Positions 40,114 through 54,500 of a stretch of 64,000 nt of DNA are shown here, one piece after another. Location: NCBI RefSeq assembly GCF_009914755.1, contig NC_060932.1, one strand, 5' to 3'. A program made the position numbers and the translations under genes. Source of the stretch: the human T2T-CHM13v2.0 reference genome, Homo sapiens. Numbering within the stretch: position 1 is the stretch's first letter; each line of letters starts with the position of its first letter. The notes beneath the pieces were generated by a model. It saw nothing but the letters and a program-made list of their open reading frames with translations. It was not told where the DNA came from and ran no database searches.

Positions 40114-43100
40114 TTAGATCAGTCTTATCTTGCCCACTATGAGTGGTCACTAGATTGTAATAAAGTTCAACTTTTGTCATAACAATGCCTTGTTCTGTCT
40201 CCCTTTATTATTTGCTATAGAAATCCCACAAAATTTGAAATACATTTGGTTCTGAGGTGGGAGTAAAACGATCCTGCTGAAAATCCCTGTGCTCACTCCA
40301 CCACCACACACCCTGGTTTTAGTATAGAAAATATATGCTAAATATATAAAAATATGCATTTAAAATATAATACAGTAATTTCTCTGAAATGAGTGACTCT
40401 GTATTTTGAGATTAAAGCAACAGGAAGACATAATTATCAGCCAATTTACTCTCATTGGGGGAGAAAAGATGAAGGGTTCCAGAAGAAGTAAAAGTAAAAC
40501 TCTAATATAGTTACAAAATATCTACATAACATTACTTATTTGTTTTAAATATGCCCTAGCCACTGATCTGTTTAGGCATATTGACCCCATGCTGATTTTT
40601 GCCACCTTGATAAATATTATTAGTCTGTAAAATATTTTAAATAAACTATTAAGGAATAATCAGTAAAGCTATATTTTCACTTTTCTTGATTGCCAAATTA
40701 ATTTGACATTTATAGCATGGCAATGCATATCTTCATTACAGAATGGATGTAATAAAGGAGAAAAATGGCCTTATGAAATTCTAGTCTCTATACTTAGAAT
40801 TGTTCATAAATCAAGAATTAAAACTTGAAGGTGAAGAAAAAAATTATGGTAGATGTTTATGAAATGCAGAGTCCTCCTCAGAGTTTCTGCTATTCAGCTC
40901 TGCATCCATAATGTACTAGGAAAGCATACAGCCAGAGATAGAAGACAGAGTCCTGGAGGGGTAACAGGGTAAGATTACCGGGGGTAGCCCTCTTCAATAT
41001 TGGGAGCAAAGAAGAAAGAGGTTTACATGGAGTAAAGGAGGGAAAAAAAACACACAACTTTGGGATACTATTCTTAATACAGGGCTTGAACAACAGACAT
41101 GGTGATTTGAAGGATAAATCACCTTAAAGAAGGATAAAGAAGGATGTCTAGGGTCAGAAACAATGTGACTCATGGGTTTAGGGAAGGTCTATTTGAGCCC
41201 AAATTTTGCGTTACGTGCATTGAAATGCAGGCCTGAAATAAATACATGTCCTAGTAGAATCATCCCTCCCCACCCTTTCTACTCCCTTCTCACCTTCATG
41301 TTTTGACCATGGAACATTGGTGCCCTTTTACTTGCTTATTTATTTTGTAAAGCCTGCCTTTTAAAATAATTTGGTCTCTACTAAAGACAGAAATGACTGG
41401 CAAAACATAATAAGTCCTATTAATCTCTGGGAAATGGTGTGACATAAACAAATCAAGTCCCTCATTTTAGTGAGTTATGACCAAATGATAATGTTTTTCT
41501 CATTTTTCCCGTCAGCATTACACTGGAACATATTAACCTGCATATTGCTAGATACATTTTTTGATTTTTATCTACTAGCCAATCAACTTTTGACCAATAT
41601 GTTAAATTAAAAAGAACATTGCTACATATTATTTCCAAAGCAAATTTCAGTACTGCAAAATAATGGCTGCATTTAGGATGCAGGAGGCAAGAACAACAAC
41701 AAAAAAAGAAATAATCAGGATTGAGTTTCCATATAATTAAAAAAAAATAGGCCTTCACTCCAAAAATTGTGCTAAAGTTGGGAAGAAGTTATCTATAACA
41801 TCATTTCATAACTGTCTACTTCAGCAGTATTTACTGTATAAACAGCCCATTTTATCCAAATTTCACTGACTACCTGGATTTTGGAAACCTGGGCTTTTTG
41901 CACCTTTGAAATTATGAGTTATTCGTAAGTAAATATTCAAATTTTATTTTAAAAAGTAAACAAAAAATCTTTGTCTAAACAATGTTACTTTCGTCTGTCA
42001 CATTATTCACTACCAAAGAGAGAATGGTTTGTTATTGCAATACATTGGACTGCATAGCACAGGGTAGTTTTATGCTCTATACACTCACCCTTTGCAGAAC
42101 TATACTTTCCAATTTACAACAGGAAATCCAATTCTATAAAAAATCTAATTATTTCATATGGTGGACTCAGCATGACTCTCCCCTCCACTCCTTCCCCCTT
42201 TATTTGGCTGAGTGATGAGTGTATTTCCTCTGGAGGTTTATATTTTTTCAACCCAGCTACATTTTGAGAACACACACACAAAAAGGGATTTGGCACACAT
42301 CTTTTCCCATCTCCTCTCAGTAATTATAGTTAATGAAACTATGTGTGTTTTTTCACTTGTGTGGTCTTCTGGAAAATAAGAGTTTATTTTATTCCAAAAA
42401 ATGTCATTTCAGTATTTTGGTTGGTTCAATATTATTATCTTTTTCAAGGGTAACAAGCAGATTCATTCCAAAAATATGTTAATAATTATGGTATTAACCA
42501 AGAAAGAAACTGCTGTACTTCAAAATTAAAATTCATCGTCTGCTGCTCTGTTCTGTAATAACTAGGTCATCAGTTTGGGTGCTCCTGCTTAACATGCATT
42601 TACTATCCATATGTATTCCCTCACCTAGAGGCCTGATATTTTTAATGAGATTATATCAAAGGATGTGAAGGCTGGAGAGTAGTAACATCATTTTACTAGG
42701 TAATTCCCAGAACTCTGATCCATTTCAGTGAGGCAATTAAGACTGCTGACTACAATAAATGATACTAAGAGATTATGGAGGTTTTTCTGCATGAGTGCAT
42801 AGTTTAAAAAATAATCTAGGTTTACTTAACATAGAAAAACACTTCCAGAGGGGAAAAGTGTAGGTTCTTTTTTCTTTTCATTTTTCAATTTAGCTGAATC
42901 CATAGAAGCGATTTTCTCTTACTGTGTCTGTGCGGCACTTACGTGCAGTCTAATAATAAATGATTTCTTTGAGGTGTACTAAAAGAAGTAGACTTTAATT
43001 GTGTGCTTTCCCTACATGTCACTAATATCTATAATGTTCATTAGCATTATATCCACTATGCTGTTTAGCTGGGTAAGACTAATAAGCCTTAATATCATTT

Positions 43101-45374
43101 TCATCAAAAGCTGTGTGCATTTTAGCTATTTCCTTCACATCAGCTTATTAGCGCCATTGCCTCCAAAGGCAATAGGAGAGTTCCTAAAAACAAACACAGG
43201 AAAATCAAAGTTTGTTGTCTTAAAGAGTTAATTCTGACAGAGAGGTGACCTTTATCCCTACATACTCACTCTGTTTTTATTTTATTTTATTATTTTTTTT
43301 TATGAAGCCTCTCCAAAGGGACTCATCATATGCAGGGTTCTATGAAGAGAAAAAGAAGAGCATTGTCCTTATCACCTCCTTCCAGAAAGTGGCAGAGTAA
43401 TAGGACTTTGTAAGGCGAAATGAAGCCCAGTCTGATGGCTGCTGATTAAAAATTGACTCTGCCACATCAAAGAGGAGTTGAAGGTGAAAATGATGATCAC
43501 TTCCCTCTCCCAGGGACCCTGCACCATTTCTTTTATTCAACCTTGAAAGGTTCTTTCTGAATAAGATAATATCCCTCGAGTCCATTCTGCCTTGGCAGCA
43601 TGGAAAAATGTAGATCAGTATGCCTCTTCTTTATGGAAAAAAAATGGGATTTTGTTAATGACATAGCACTTTAAAGTGATGGCTTGTATGTAGTAAATGC
43701 TGAGAAATTAATTATAAAATGCTTCATAGACTGTAGATCAAATTAATTGCTTGTATGCAGCTACTAAAAAGACCACTGCAAACTGCACTGCCTTTACTGC
43801 TTTTCCCTGATTGTTTTTACCCTTAGTTATGATAGAGATGCCTATGCTCCATTTTTATTTTCACCACAGATTTGAAAAACTGAATTCTTAGAAAGGTTGT
43901 CATTTGTAGTATTATATCCTTTTACATAAAAGAAAAAGTATATTTTTTATGTCAACATATATTTCAGGTCTCTATTTCCTGAATGCCTTATGCTACCCAT
44001 TTGACGATACAGTCACCAGAATATATAAACATATATATATATATATAGCTATAGGCATATACATAGAGAGCTAGCCAGACAAACACATGCATGTAGACAG
44101 AATTAAAATGTCTGTGAAAATAAATTGTACAGAACAGTTCTGTGTTTATGAACAAATACAGAATTTGAATCAATGTGAAAACATGAAAGAAAAAGATGAA
44201 GAAAACATTTCATTTAGCTTGGAAAAAATAACTTATGTAAAGAATCCATAAAGATTTGATACTTAGGAGAAGTTGCCAGACCTTCATTTTAGATTTTCCC
44301 ATTAGTCCTCACTTGTCATTATAGCAGATGCAACATTTCCAATGAGGGCATCTCTAGCTTGGTCAATTCTGTGTATAATTATATAACTAAGAAATTTCTC
44401 CTGGATTACCACAGAAATCTAAAACACATTATAAAAATCAGAAAGTAATAAAAATTTTTCATAACAATCCTTAATATCTGAGTTAAAAATGATTAAGATG
44501 AAAGCTGCATACTTTGGTAAATGAAATATTTTGAAATATTAATTTTCTGAATAATTTCATCTGTGAAAAATGTATCGCCACTTACTTCTTAGGCTATATA
44601 ATTTACAGGTTTCATATTTGTCATCCATGTATTGCATGGTTTATATACAAGAAATAATTTTAAATACAAGAATGAAATCAGATATATATGCTGGTGTGCT
44701 TTTAAATTCAGTATATATAATATAAAACATATTGTTTCTAAATTTTCTTGCAATATTTAAATGATACTTTAGTCTTGCTAATTAATGACTGAGGAAAAAT
44801 TCTCTTTTTAACATGGAGGAAATTGTGATGTATAATCATAGCATAAAACAGCAAGTAAACCACTAAACACTTTAAAAATTTTAAAATAATAATATGTACT
44901 CTAGATGCACACACATACCAAAAGAGAGATCGATGCAAAATTAAAACATTGATGGTTTTACCGCTCTTGATATTTTTAACATTTAAATTTTTCTTTAAAA
45001 AGAATAACAAATTATTCTCGTTGCATTAATGCCAAGTTTAATATGCTTATATATGGGAATAAGTGACTTAACTTTTTGTAGAATTTTTTTTGTCTGCTTT
45101 TTAATACCTCATTTCCAAAATAATCTAGGTTTCCTTTAGGTATAGCTGTCTGAAGATAACCCCCTTCAAATTACAACGTACATTATGATAAAATTATCTT
45201 CAGAAAAAATGAAGTTTAATATCATTTTATACTGGTTTTAATTATACAGTAATATATTTCATGTTAAAATGTGATAACAAATGCATGTAAAATATTTAAA
45301 ATTTAATCAATTCTTATTCTAAACTTTGTTATATTAATTACATTTCCATGGAACCTATAGAATTATTAATGTAA

Positions 45375-45715
<341 letters not shown>

Positions 45716-45919
45716 CTGTTCTTGCTTTTCTACAAAATTCTTCAATATACTCAATCAAATTAAAATAAGTTGTTTCTGGTACTTATAACAACATTCTGAT
45801 TTAACCTAAGGCATACTTTCTTTAATCAGCAAAGCAAAAAATTAAAAGTGAAAGGTGATTAATCTTGTTTTTTGCTGCTTCTTTTTTTTAAATAATCCTT
45901 CGTTTTCAGTTCTGCTGAT

Positions 45920-46030
45920 CTCTAAACTTCTTGAAAGTAGGGACCATTTTTTGGTTTATTTTTGTCTACCTAATGTCTTACTTAAAGTTTAGCACATAAA
46001 TGGTTTTCAAAAATATGTCTGAATAAATAT
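45920..46030 (+). mobile_element. L2 3'-end relic
   Basis: 'taaacttcttgaaagtagggacca...tagcacataaatggttttcaaaaatatgtctgaataaat'. Confidence 0.6.
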
Positions 46031-46361
46031 TTTGAATTAATACCAACTTAAACAAATAGATTTACAAATAATTAAGTTACAACCTGTGTTCCAGTGGTCC
46101 GACTAGTTTGTGTGTATTGTTAGTGGTTCTTCAGGGTTATCATAAACCCAGCTGAATTAGATTAATTTATCAAGGATGTTTATCAGCATCTATAGGAAAG
46201 AAATGTAATGGTTTATATTGGTTATTAAGGTTCACAATACTATGTATCAACAATTTTCTTCTGATTAGAAACTCTATTTTGAGATGGCAACTGAATCATC
46301 TCCCTAAACCCACCCAACTCGTATGGCTCACCTGCTCCCGTATTTCTTGTGCATCATTTAT

Positions 46362-46605
46362 ACGAATCTCTCCACTTTGGTACTGTTGATATTTAATTCA
46401 GATCATTCTTAATTGTAGGCAGCTGCCCTTCCCATCATAGGATACCTAGCGACATTACGAGTTATCTACCTAATTGATGCCAGTAGCACTATCCTAACCA
46501 CCCCGGGCCTGTTGTGTGAAACAGGTATATCTCTGGACACTTCCAAATATCCCTTACGGGACACAATTTTCACCAACCCTGACACTGAGCCACTGAAAAC
46601 CACTG
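46362..46605. mobile_element. MER20 hAT-Charlie DNA transposon relic
   Basis: 'gatgccagtagcac', 'tctctggacacttccaaatatccc' and terminal 'tgaaaaccactg'. Confidence 0.8.
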
Positions 46606-48381
46606 CTGTAATTTATGAAATAGGTTAAGGACCTAGTATTACTGTTGAAAAGCCCAAAAGTAAATCTTAAAATTATTCTGCGGCTTGAATTTGGTAGGTC
46701 TCTAGAGTTCTTATTTAGGCTCTATGTGATACAACCCATGGAAAAGCTTGTGTTGAGTTCTATTTATATTCGTTATTATTCTGCCTATTTCTTTTCAGCG
46801 TAACTTCTAAGTTATATATAAATGTTTTGTATAATATCTGTCTTGGCAACTAAATTGCAAGTGCTCTAACACAGTAGACAGTTTTTGGTTTTGTTTTTTG
46901 TTTTTTTGTTGGTTTCTTTCACCATTTGACTTCAATCTCTACCTTCAACTCTATTGGATCTCACTTTTCCTCTGGGACTGACTGCAATTACAAAATTTTC
47001 ATAAATCTTAAATGACTAATGCAATCTTATGACATGAATTGAAGCTAATTCTGGTTTGCATTAAAGTTTTGGCCTCAAACTCAATTCAAAGTTGTTATAC
47101 CTTGAACAACCATTGCTTGGATTAGAGGAGAGGGTGACGTGTTCTTTCTCTAAGACCATCCACTCCTCCATTTTTTTCTAGGTGGGTTATTCTCAGGGGT
47201 TAGGGATATGAAAGAAAAGTAAAACAGACAGGGGTCTCCTTATCTTACTGCCCACTTGTCACTGGGGAATAGATTGTTCATCTTGTTACGGTTCTGCCTA
47301 TTTTTTTTTTCCCTGATGCTGTGAATCTCTGTTAATTTTGTGGTTTCAGGTAAATTGTGTGTGGTTTTTTGCTAGGCCGAATTAAGCACCCTTCATTCAG
47401 CCCTCTCTGCTCATAAGGAAACCTTCCAAAGAGACACCACACTTTGTCCTGACCCTACCGGGAATAGATCACCCTGACTCTTTTTAGGATTCCTTACCCT
47501 CACTTGGCACAGAAGCCTTCAGCAGAGCATGGCAGAGCCTGCTTCTTTTCTGTCCTACATGTTCATTCCTGTGGTATCACTAGAACCACTGGGATCCTCC
47601 TCTGCCACTCCATGGGGCTGCAGAGTTGTGGACTGGAATGGGAGTTTCATGAATCATATTCCCAGGTCCATTACGACATAGTCCCTTCAGGCCCTGCTGG
47701 GATCAGTTACTCTTTCAGATACCATTTTTTTCAACTACCCAAAGACCAGAGGCAGGCTCCTTTCTATATTCAAGAATGCCCTCAAATTTCAGAGGAAAAG
47801 AATATGTCTCCCTTCTTTACCATGTTTGAGGAGTAGGACTAACAACACTTTAATTTGTTAGGCTCCCAGAATAATTACCAGAGAACTCTCTTCTCACATA
47901 CTTTGTTATGCTGGAGGTACTGAGGTGTGAGTGTTTCTATCTTACAAACACCCACAATTTCTAGGATTGATTCTCGGAACTCTACTCCTTGGATTTGGGG
48001 AGAGAATATTTATCTTCCCAATTAAATTACTCTACAAAAGAGTGACAACTCTCACAACTCTTGCGCCAGTCTTTTTTGAACATCCACATTTTATACTCAT
48101 AGCTTTCTGCAAATCCTTTGGAGAAGCTGTTTGCCCCACCTAATGATTGCTTTCTTTGATGCCTGTTTTCCCCAGCTTAGGACCTTGATCATATTTTTAG
48201 GACAAACCGGATTAAAAAAAAATCCACATGATATCTTGCTATCTATGAATCACTGTTAAGTGTCTGCTCTTCTCCCATAGGATTTACCTTAAGCAGGAGT
48301 TAATTGTTACTTAATTTAATAGTGGTGAAAAAGAAATACCAATAGTGACCCTTTACCAAGTTTATCTTTTATGTATATAAT

Positions 48382-48697
48382 TGTGATGGTTAAATTTATA
48401 TGTCAATTGAAAAGGTATTTTTGGATGAGATTAACAGTTAAATTGTGACCTTTGGGCAAAGCAGAGTTCCCAGAGTTCCCTTCATTATGTGGGTGAGCTT
48501 CCTCCAATCAGTGGAAGGCATGAATGGAGCAAAACACCAGCTCCCTAAGCAAGAGAAAATTGCCCAGCAGTATCCTGCTGGCACAGCCTGTAGATAACGG
48601 ACTTCCCAACTTTGAATATTATGTGAGCCAAGTTCTTATAATCTCTGTCTCTCTCTCTCTAATGATTCTATTTCTCTGGAGAACCCAGACTAATACA
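48382..48697 (+). mobile_element. MLT2-family (ERVL) solo LTR, internally deleted
   Basis: Termini 'tgtgatggttaaatttatatgtcaa' and 'tttctctggagaacccagactaataca'; approximate 5-bp TSD ataat/aaaat. Confidence 0.85.
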
Positions 48698-50129
48698 AAA
48701 ATTAAGAAAAAAGGTGCTCAAATATATTGCATCTTATATTCATTAAAATATACAGAGGATCCAAATTAATTTTTCAGGTTAAAATTACTTTTCATTTTCA
48801 ACCTATTCTATAATAGAGTACTGAATTTCTAATCAGTGTTTCTCTTTAATTGGAAGGATGTCAGAGCACTAGTTTGATTTGTATGTGTGCCTTTGACATA
48901 TGGTAACTGTAGACACAAAAAATGTCAAATACTATGAAAGAGGTGTATAATCTTTTTCTCATAGACTATATATATTTAATGTATATATGTATATCCACAT
49001 ATAATACATACATACACAACATAATATATAGAGAGATACATATGTATGTATAATATATAGGTATATATTTTATATCTAGTCCTAGATGTCTCAGAATAAA
49101 CTTCATATGAAGTCTATTTCAGAGAAAAGAAAAATCTTCACAAAGATTGGCCTGACTTTGGTGCTGTCTTTAGAAGACTTTTTCTGGTAGATTAACGAAT
49201 TACTAAATTATTACCTGTGAAAGTTTCATCTATGATTGCAAATAACTACATAGAGAGAAAGTCTTATTAGACATTTAGTTTCTAGCTGTATATTTTTGAA
49301 TGTTCTTGTTGTTACCACTATTATTTTAAAATTTCCTTTCTTCCAGATTGCTCCAGCAGACGGCGTGAACTTCTCTAAAACTGATATAGAATACATTTAA
49401 ATTTGGCCATGACCTAATCTAAGACTCCTACTCAAAACTGAAATGTGAATTAAAATTATTAATAATGGTTAAACATTTATAATTTGTGATAGTGCTTAAT
49501 ACCTCTCATGAGGGAATATTGGAAAACAAATATGATAACAAGATGACTAATAGTTTGCCTAGATTTTAATTTCAGTGTTTAAGCAGGAAGTAAGCCTATC
49601 TCATGCTCTTACATTGTATTGTAATGTAATTCCACAAAAAGAACACTGAATTGATAAGGTAACAATCAGAACTTATTTTTTGAAACTCAGGAAAAATAAT
49701 ATAAAATTATGATTAGTTAATATAATAAAAAGGCAAAAGTGAATGTTAGGTATACTGTGGTGTACACATAAATTTTTCAAGGTTAGATTATTATGCATTT
49801 TAGAATAGAAAAAGAGAAATAAAAAGTCATATTTCACAAACTGTACCCAATAATTTAAGAATAATAATTATAACTTTACTTTTCTTTTTTGGAAAGAATG
49901 TTCATTAAGTATGTAAAATTTCAGGAGCAGTGCAAATGCTGTAGTAGTAGTATTTTAAGAAGATTAGAGTAGAGAATTATACCAAACATAAAATAGAACA
50001 ATGTGTTGAGAAACTCAAGAAACTTAAAACAAAATGTTATATATTTCTTATCCAAATCTGAATATCTACTTCAGTCAATTACATATAATCCTGAAAATCA
50101 CTATCATATATACCTGTTGGTTTTCTTCA

Positions 50130-50375
50130 AAGTTAGTTTTATTTTTTTAAAACTGTATTACACACTTACACGCTTCTTCAATGACAGTATCATGCAACAG
50201 AGGAGTACATTTTTACCATAGATTAACCAACACTGATCCATTATTACCATCCAGTCCATAATTTACATGAAGATTTGCTCTCAGCATTGTATATTTTATA
50301 GGTATGATGAATTCATAATGACATGTAGCCATCATTATAGTATTATACAGAATAGTTTCTTTTCCCTGAAAATTT
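50130..50375 (-). mobile_element. L1MC/MD-like 3'UTR fragment
   Basis: 'cagaggagtacattt...aatgacatgtagccatcattatagtattatacagaatagtttc'. Confidence 0.65.
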
Positions 50376-51529
50376 TACAGAACAGATAGTGAGATCCAAC
50401 TTTTTAAATATGTTTTTCATAAATCATGGCTTTGGTGTTGTTTCTAAGTCACTAAATAGATGTACAAAAATTGACAAAAATAGCTTCTATAAGGATCTTG
50501 CTACAATAAGTTATAAACTTGCTACAATAAATTACATAAATTTAAAATCTAACATATTATAGTGTCTTCAATAAGTGAAACAAATATCAGTGAACTGTAG
50601 CTATATGAAGAGAGATTATAGTTTAAAAACACAACTTCTGAATAATTAGGATTCCAAAATCTGGAATGCCTCTCATAAGTGGAAATACATTTCTCATTGT
50701 TTAAAGTTAAGAAGTTCACAAAGTAAGAAATCTTAGTAAGCTGATTAGAGCATGCTTGATATTTGAGGCCTCTTCTATTCTTTAAATTTTATGATTCTGA
50801 AAAATGGGATAAAAATACATTATCTTAACTATGTAAATATTTTCTTCACTATCTTGTTTCTTGACTGAATTTCAATTAGTTTTTCAGTAAATATTTATTG
50901 AATGCATACACTGTGCTTTTTGGGGAATACATGGGAAAGAAAAATAAATAGTTATAGAGTATGATTACTTCAAAACTATTTTTAATATTTATACATTTAA
51001 GTTATTATATAGCAAACTATAAGAATTTGTAGTTAAGATGGAAGACAGACATTTTTATAAGTTATTCACAGACATCTTGTTAAGTTTAATACTAAAATAA
51101 TATTTATTTTTGGGAGCCCATAGTGAAGAGAACTATTTCTATTTGTAGAAATAATCATCAAAAATGGTTAAATTACATTACTTCTGAAGGAGTATAGATG
51201 CGTGTTATGCTAGTTCAAAGGAAATAATATTTCAGGATAAAGTAAAAGATTAATGAATGGGATAACAACAAATATACATTTAGATAATGATATTACAGTA
51301 TTGGGGAGATAATAGGAAGCTAAGTTGAGAAAAAATAACAGAATTAGTTCAATTAGTGTTCTAATTAGTATCGATAGTAATAACAATAAGAGTCAGTGGA
51401 ATATTGGATACAACACAACCTGTTCAAAGCCTTTCAGCTTATACTTATGCTGAGTATTTATGGAAACTGCAGAACAAGTGGGGTGGACAAAATGATGAAG
51501 CTACCTTTCTTACCATGCCTCAGTCAAGG

Positions 51530-54500
51530 GTTGTGTTATCTCACTAGGAAGGGCAAGCCCCCAGAATTTTTCATTTGTTCTCTTGCAGCTACAGTTTTTC
51601 AGAGGCTAAATTTTAGGTGAGTAGCTGCTAGGAGGTTGGACTCCCTTTCTCCACCAAATACCCACTTCTAGAGCAGAGGTTCTAGCCCTCACAATGGTAG
51701 ATTGAGAATATTGTGACACTGATTGGTTGTATCCCAAGTTGCTCATAGGGTAGAGGTTTCACACTAGATGAAAGCCAAGAAGACCAGGGATTACCATCCC
51801 ACTAAAATGCTACTCATGGAGCATTGGCATCACATCAAGAGTAGTGGGTCACTTTATCTAATCCCAGCTCTGGAAAAGTAGCTCAGGAAATTTTTCCCCC
51901 CAAGTGTATATGCAAGTTGTAAGACCAAAGTGTTCTGAAGCTTTTCCTAAAGAAACTGCCTTTATTTGAAACACAGCACTCTTTATGATGTAATAGCAGA
52001 AAAACAAGGAAGATGAAGAAGAGGTTCATAAGAGTTACATTTCTATATTTTACTGCAATTACAATAGTAGAGATTTGTAGATTCTGAAAAGCTAGATGTA
52101 TATGATATGCTTGAGAGAACTAGGAAAATAACAAAATATATTTCAAAATATAAAGAATTAAAATATTACACTAGAAAATATTTGCTATCCCAAAGAAAGT
52201 AATAAAAAGAACAGAAAAAAGATGGTATCAGGTATAGAGAAAATAAAAGCAAAATGACAAAAAGTAAATCCAACTGTATCAATAATAACATTACAGTCAA
52301 AGGATTAAAAAATCTAATCAAAAGACTAACATTGCCAAACAGGATTAAAAAAAAGAGAGTTAAACTATATGCTGTTTACAAGAGACATCCTTTAGGATCA
52401 AAACATCATAAGTGGATTGCAAAAGGATAGAAACATATATATTATGCAAACAGCAACCATAAGCAAGCTGCAGTGCCTATACTAATGGCAGATAAGACAG
52501 ACTTTAAGTCAAACATTTTAACTAGAACAAAAGAAGTACATTCTGTAATGATGAAACAGTCAATCCATCAGAAAGGCGTTAAAAAAATATATGCACCAAA
52601 CAACAAAGCTCCAAAATACAGGACGCAAAACAGAATTGAAGGAAGAGTACAATTGCAGTTGAAGACTTCAATACCCTACCTTCATTAATAATAAAACAAC
52701 TAGGCAGATGATTAGCAGAATAACAGATGACTTCAACAACACTATAAACCAACTAGAACTTATGAATATCTATGGAACACCACCTAACAGTTGCAGAATA
52801 TACCTTCTCTCAAATGTACACGCAATGTTGTTCTACAGAAATATGCAACACAGTGGCCAAACAATGTCTCAATAAATTTGAAAAACTTGGTATCATACAA
52901 AAGTGTTACCCTGATCACAGTGAAGTAAAATTAGAGATAACTAACTGAAAGAAATTCCCAAAATCCACAAACACATTTGCAATAAAAAAAAAATCATATT
53001 CCTAAGTTACAAAAGAAAAAAACATTAGGGAAATTATAAAGTACCTGGGATGAATGACAATGAAAACAAAACAGATCAAGACATAGGATGTAGTTAAAAT
53101 AGAGGTTAGAGGAAAATTGAAAATGGTAAAAAGGCTATTTTTAAAAATAAAAAATTTTTTAAACATAACCTTAATGCACTGGAAATATAAGACAAGCTAA
53201 ATTGTTAGAAAGCACATGGTACAAAAAATGAAGATTAGAGTGAAAATTAATGAAATGGATGATTGTTTATATATATAACTATACATATAACTATATATAT
53301 TATATACATACAGGTTTATATATATGACTATAAATAATAGAGAAAATCAACAAAACAAAAATTCAAGTCTATAAAAATATGAATAAATTTGGCAAATTTA
53401 AACTAGACTTATAAAAAAATAAGAGGAAACTCAAATTTCTAAAATCAGAAATGAAAGACCATATGTTACTACCAACCTTACAAAGGTGAAAAGGGATTCT
53501 AAGAAGATACTGAGAGCAAAACTATGCCAAAATTTAGAACTTAGATTAAATCAATAAATTCATAGAAAGACACAAAATACAGAATTTGACTCAATAAATG
53601 ATGTAAAATAGAAATCGATCTGTAACAAAAATTCAAGTGAATTAGTAATTTTACCACATTCCACTGGAAGGCCCCTGGCCCAGATAGTTTCATTGTAAAT
53701 TCTACCAAATATTTTATTAAGAATTAGTATCACTTCTTTGCAAACCCTTCCAAAAATAAAAAAACAGAAAACTACTATTTTTATGAGGCCAGTGTTATCC
53801 TGAGAAGATAAGAAAACTATAGATTAATATTTTATGAACAGTGATGCAAAAATCCTCAGAAAAATATTACTACATAGAATCTAGGAGAATATAAAAAGGA
53901 TTATACACTATAACCAAGTGGAGTGTATTCCAGCAATGCAACATCAGCTTAACATTCATAAATGAATTATTGAAGTGCACCGTATCAATAAATAGAGGAC
54001 AAAAACTGCATGATTATCTTAATAGGCACAGAATAAGAATTTGACAAAATTCAACACATTTTATGATTTAAAAAAATCACTGAACCAATTAGGAATAAGA
54101 TAAAACATCCTGAATATAATAGTGCACCTTGAAAACTCACAGATAAAATCACACTTGATGGTGAAAGACCAGAAGCTTTCCTCCTAAGATCAGGAACAAG
54201 ACAAATGTGTCAATTTTCTACATTTCTAGTGTTACACTAGGGGTTCTAGCTAAGGTAATTAACAAGTCTTAAAAAGTATCCAAATTGGAAAAAAAATAAA
54301 ACTATTCCTATTCACAAATGACCTCATCTTGTACACAGAAAATCCTGAGGATTTTATGAAAAACTATTAGACCTAATAAATGAGTTCAGCTAGTTTGCAG
54401 GATCCAAGAAAAATGTATTAAAAAGATTGTGCTTTTGTATAATATAAAATATAAAAAAAACTTGTAAAATTATACAAAAACAGTTTCTATAATCGCCATG

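Noticed and set aside
41825-41930. Plus-strand exon candidate (CAGCAG acceptor, GTAAGT donor)
   Set aside because: Stops in all three frames and a weak pyrimidine tract; unsupported without RNA data.
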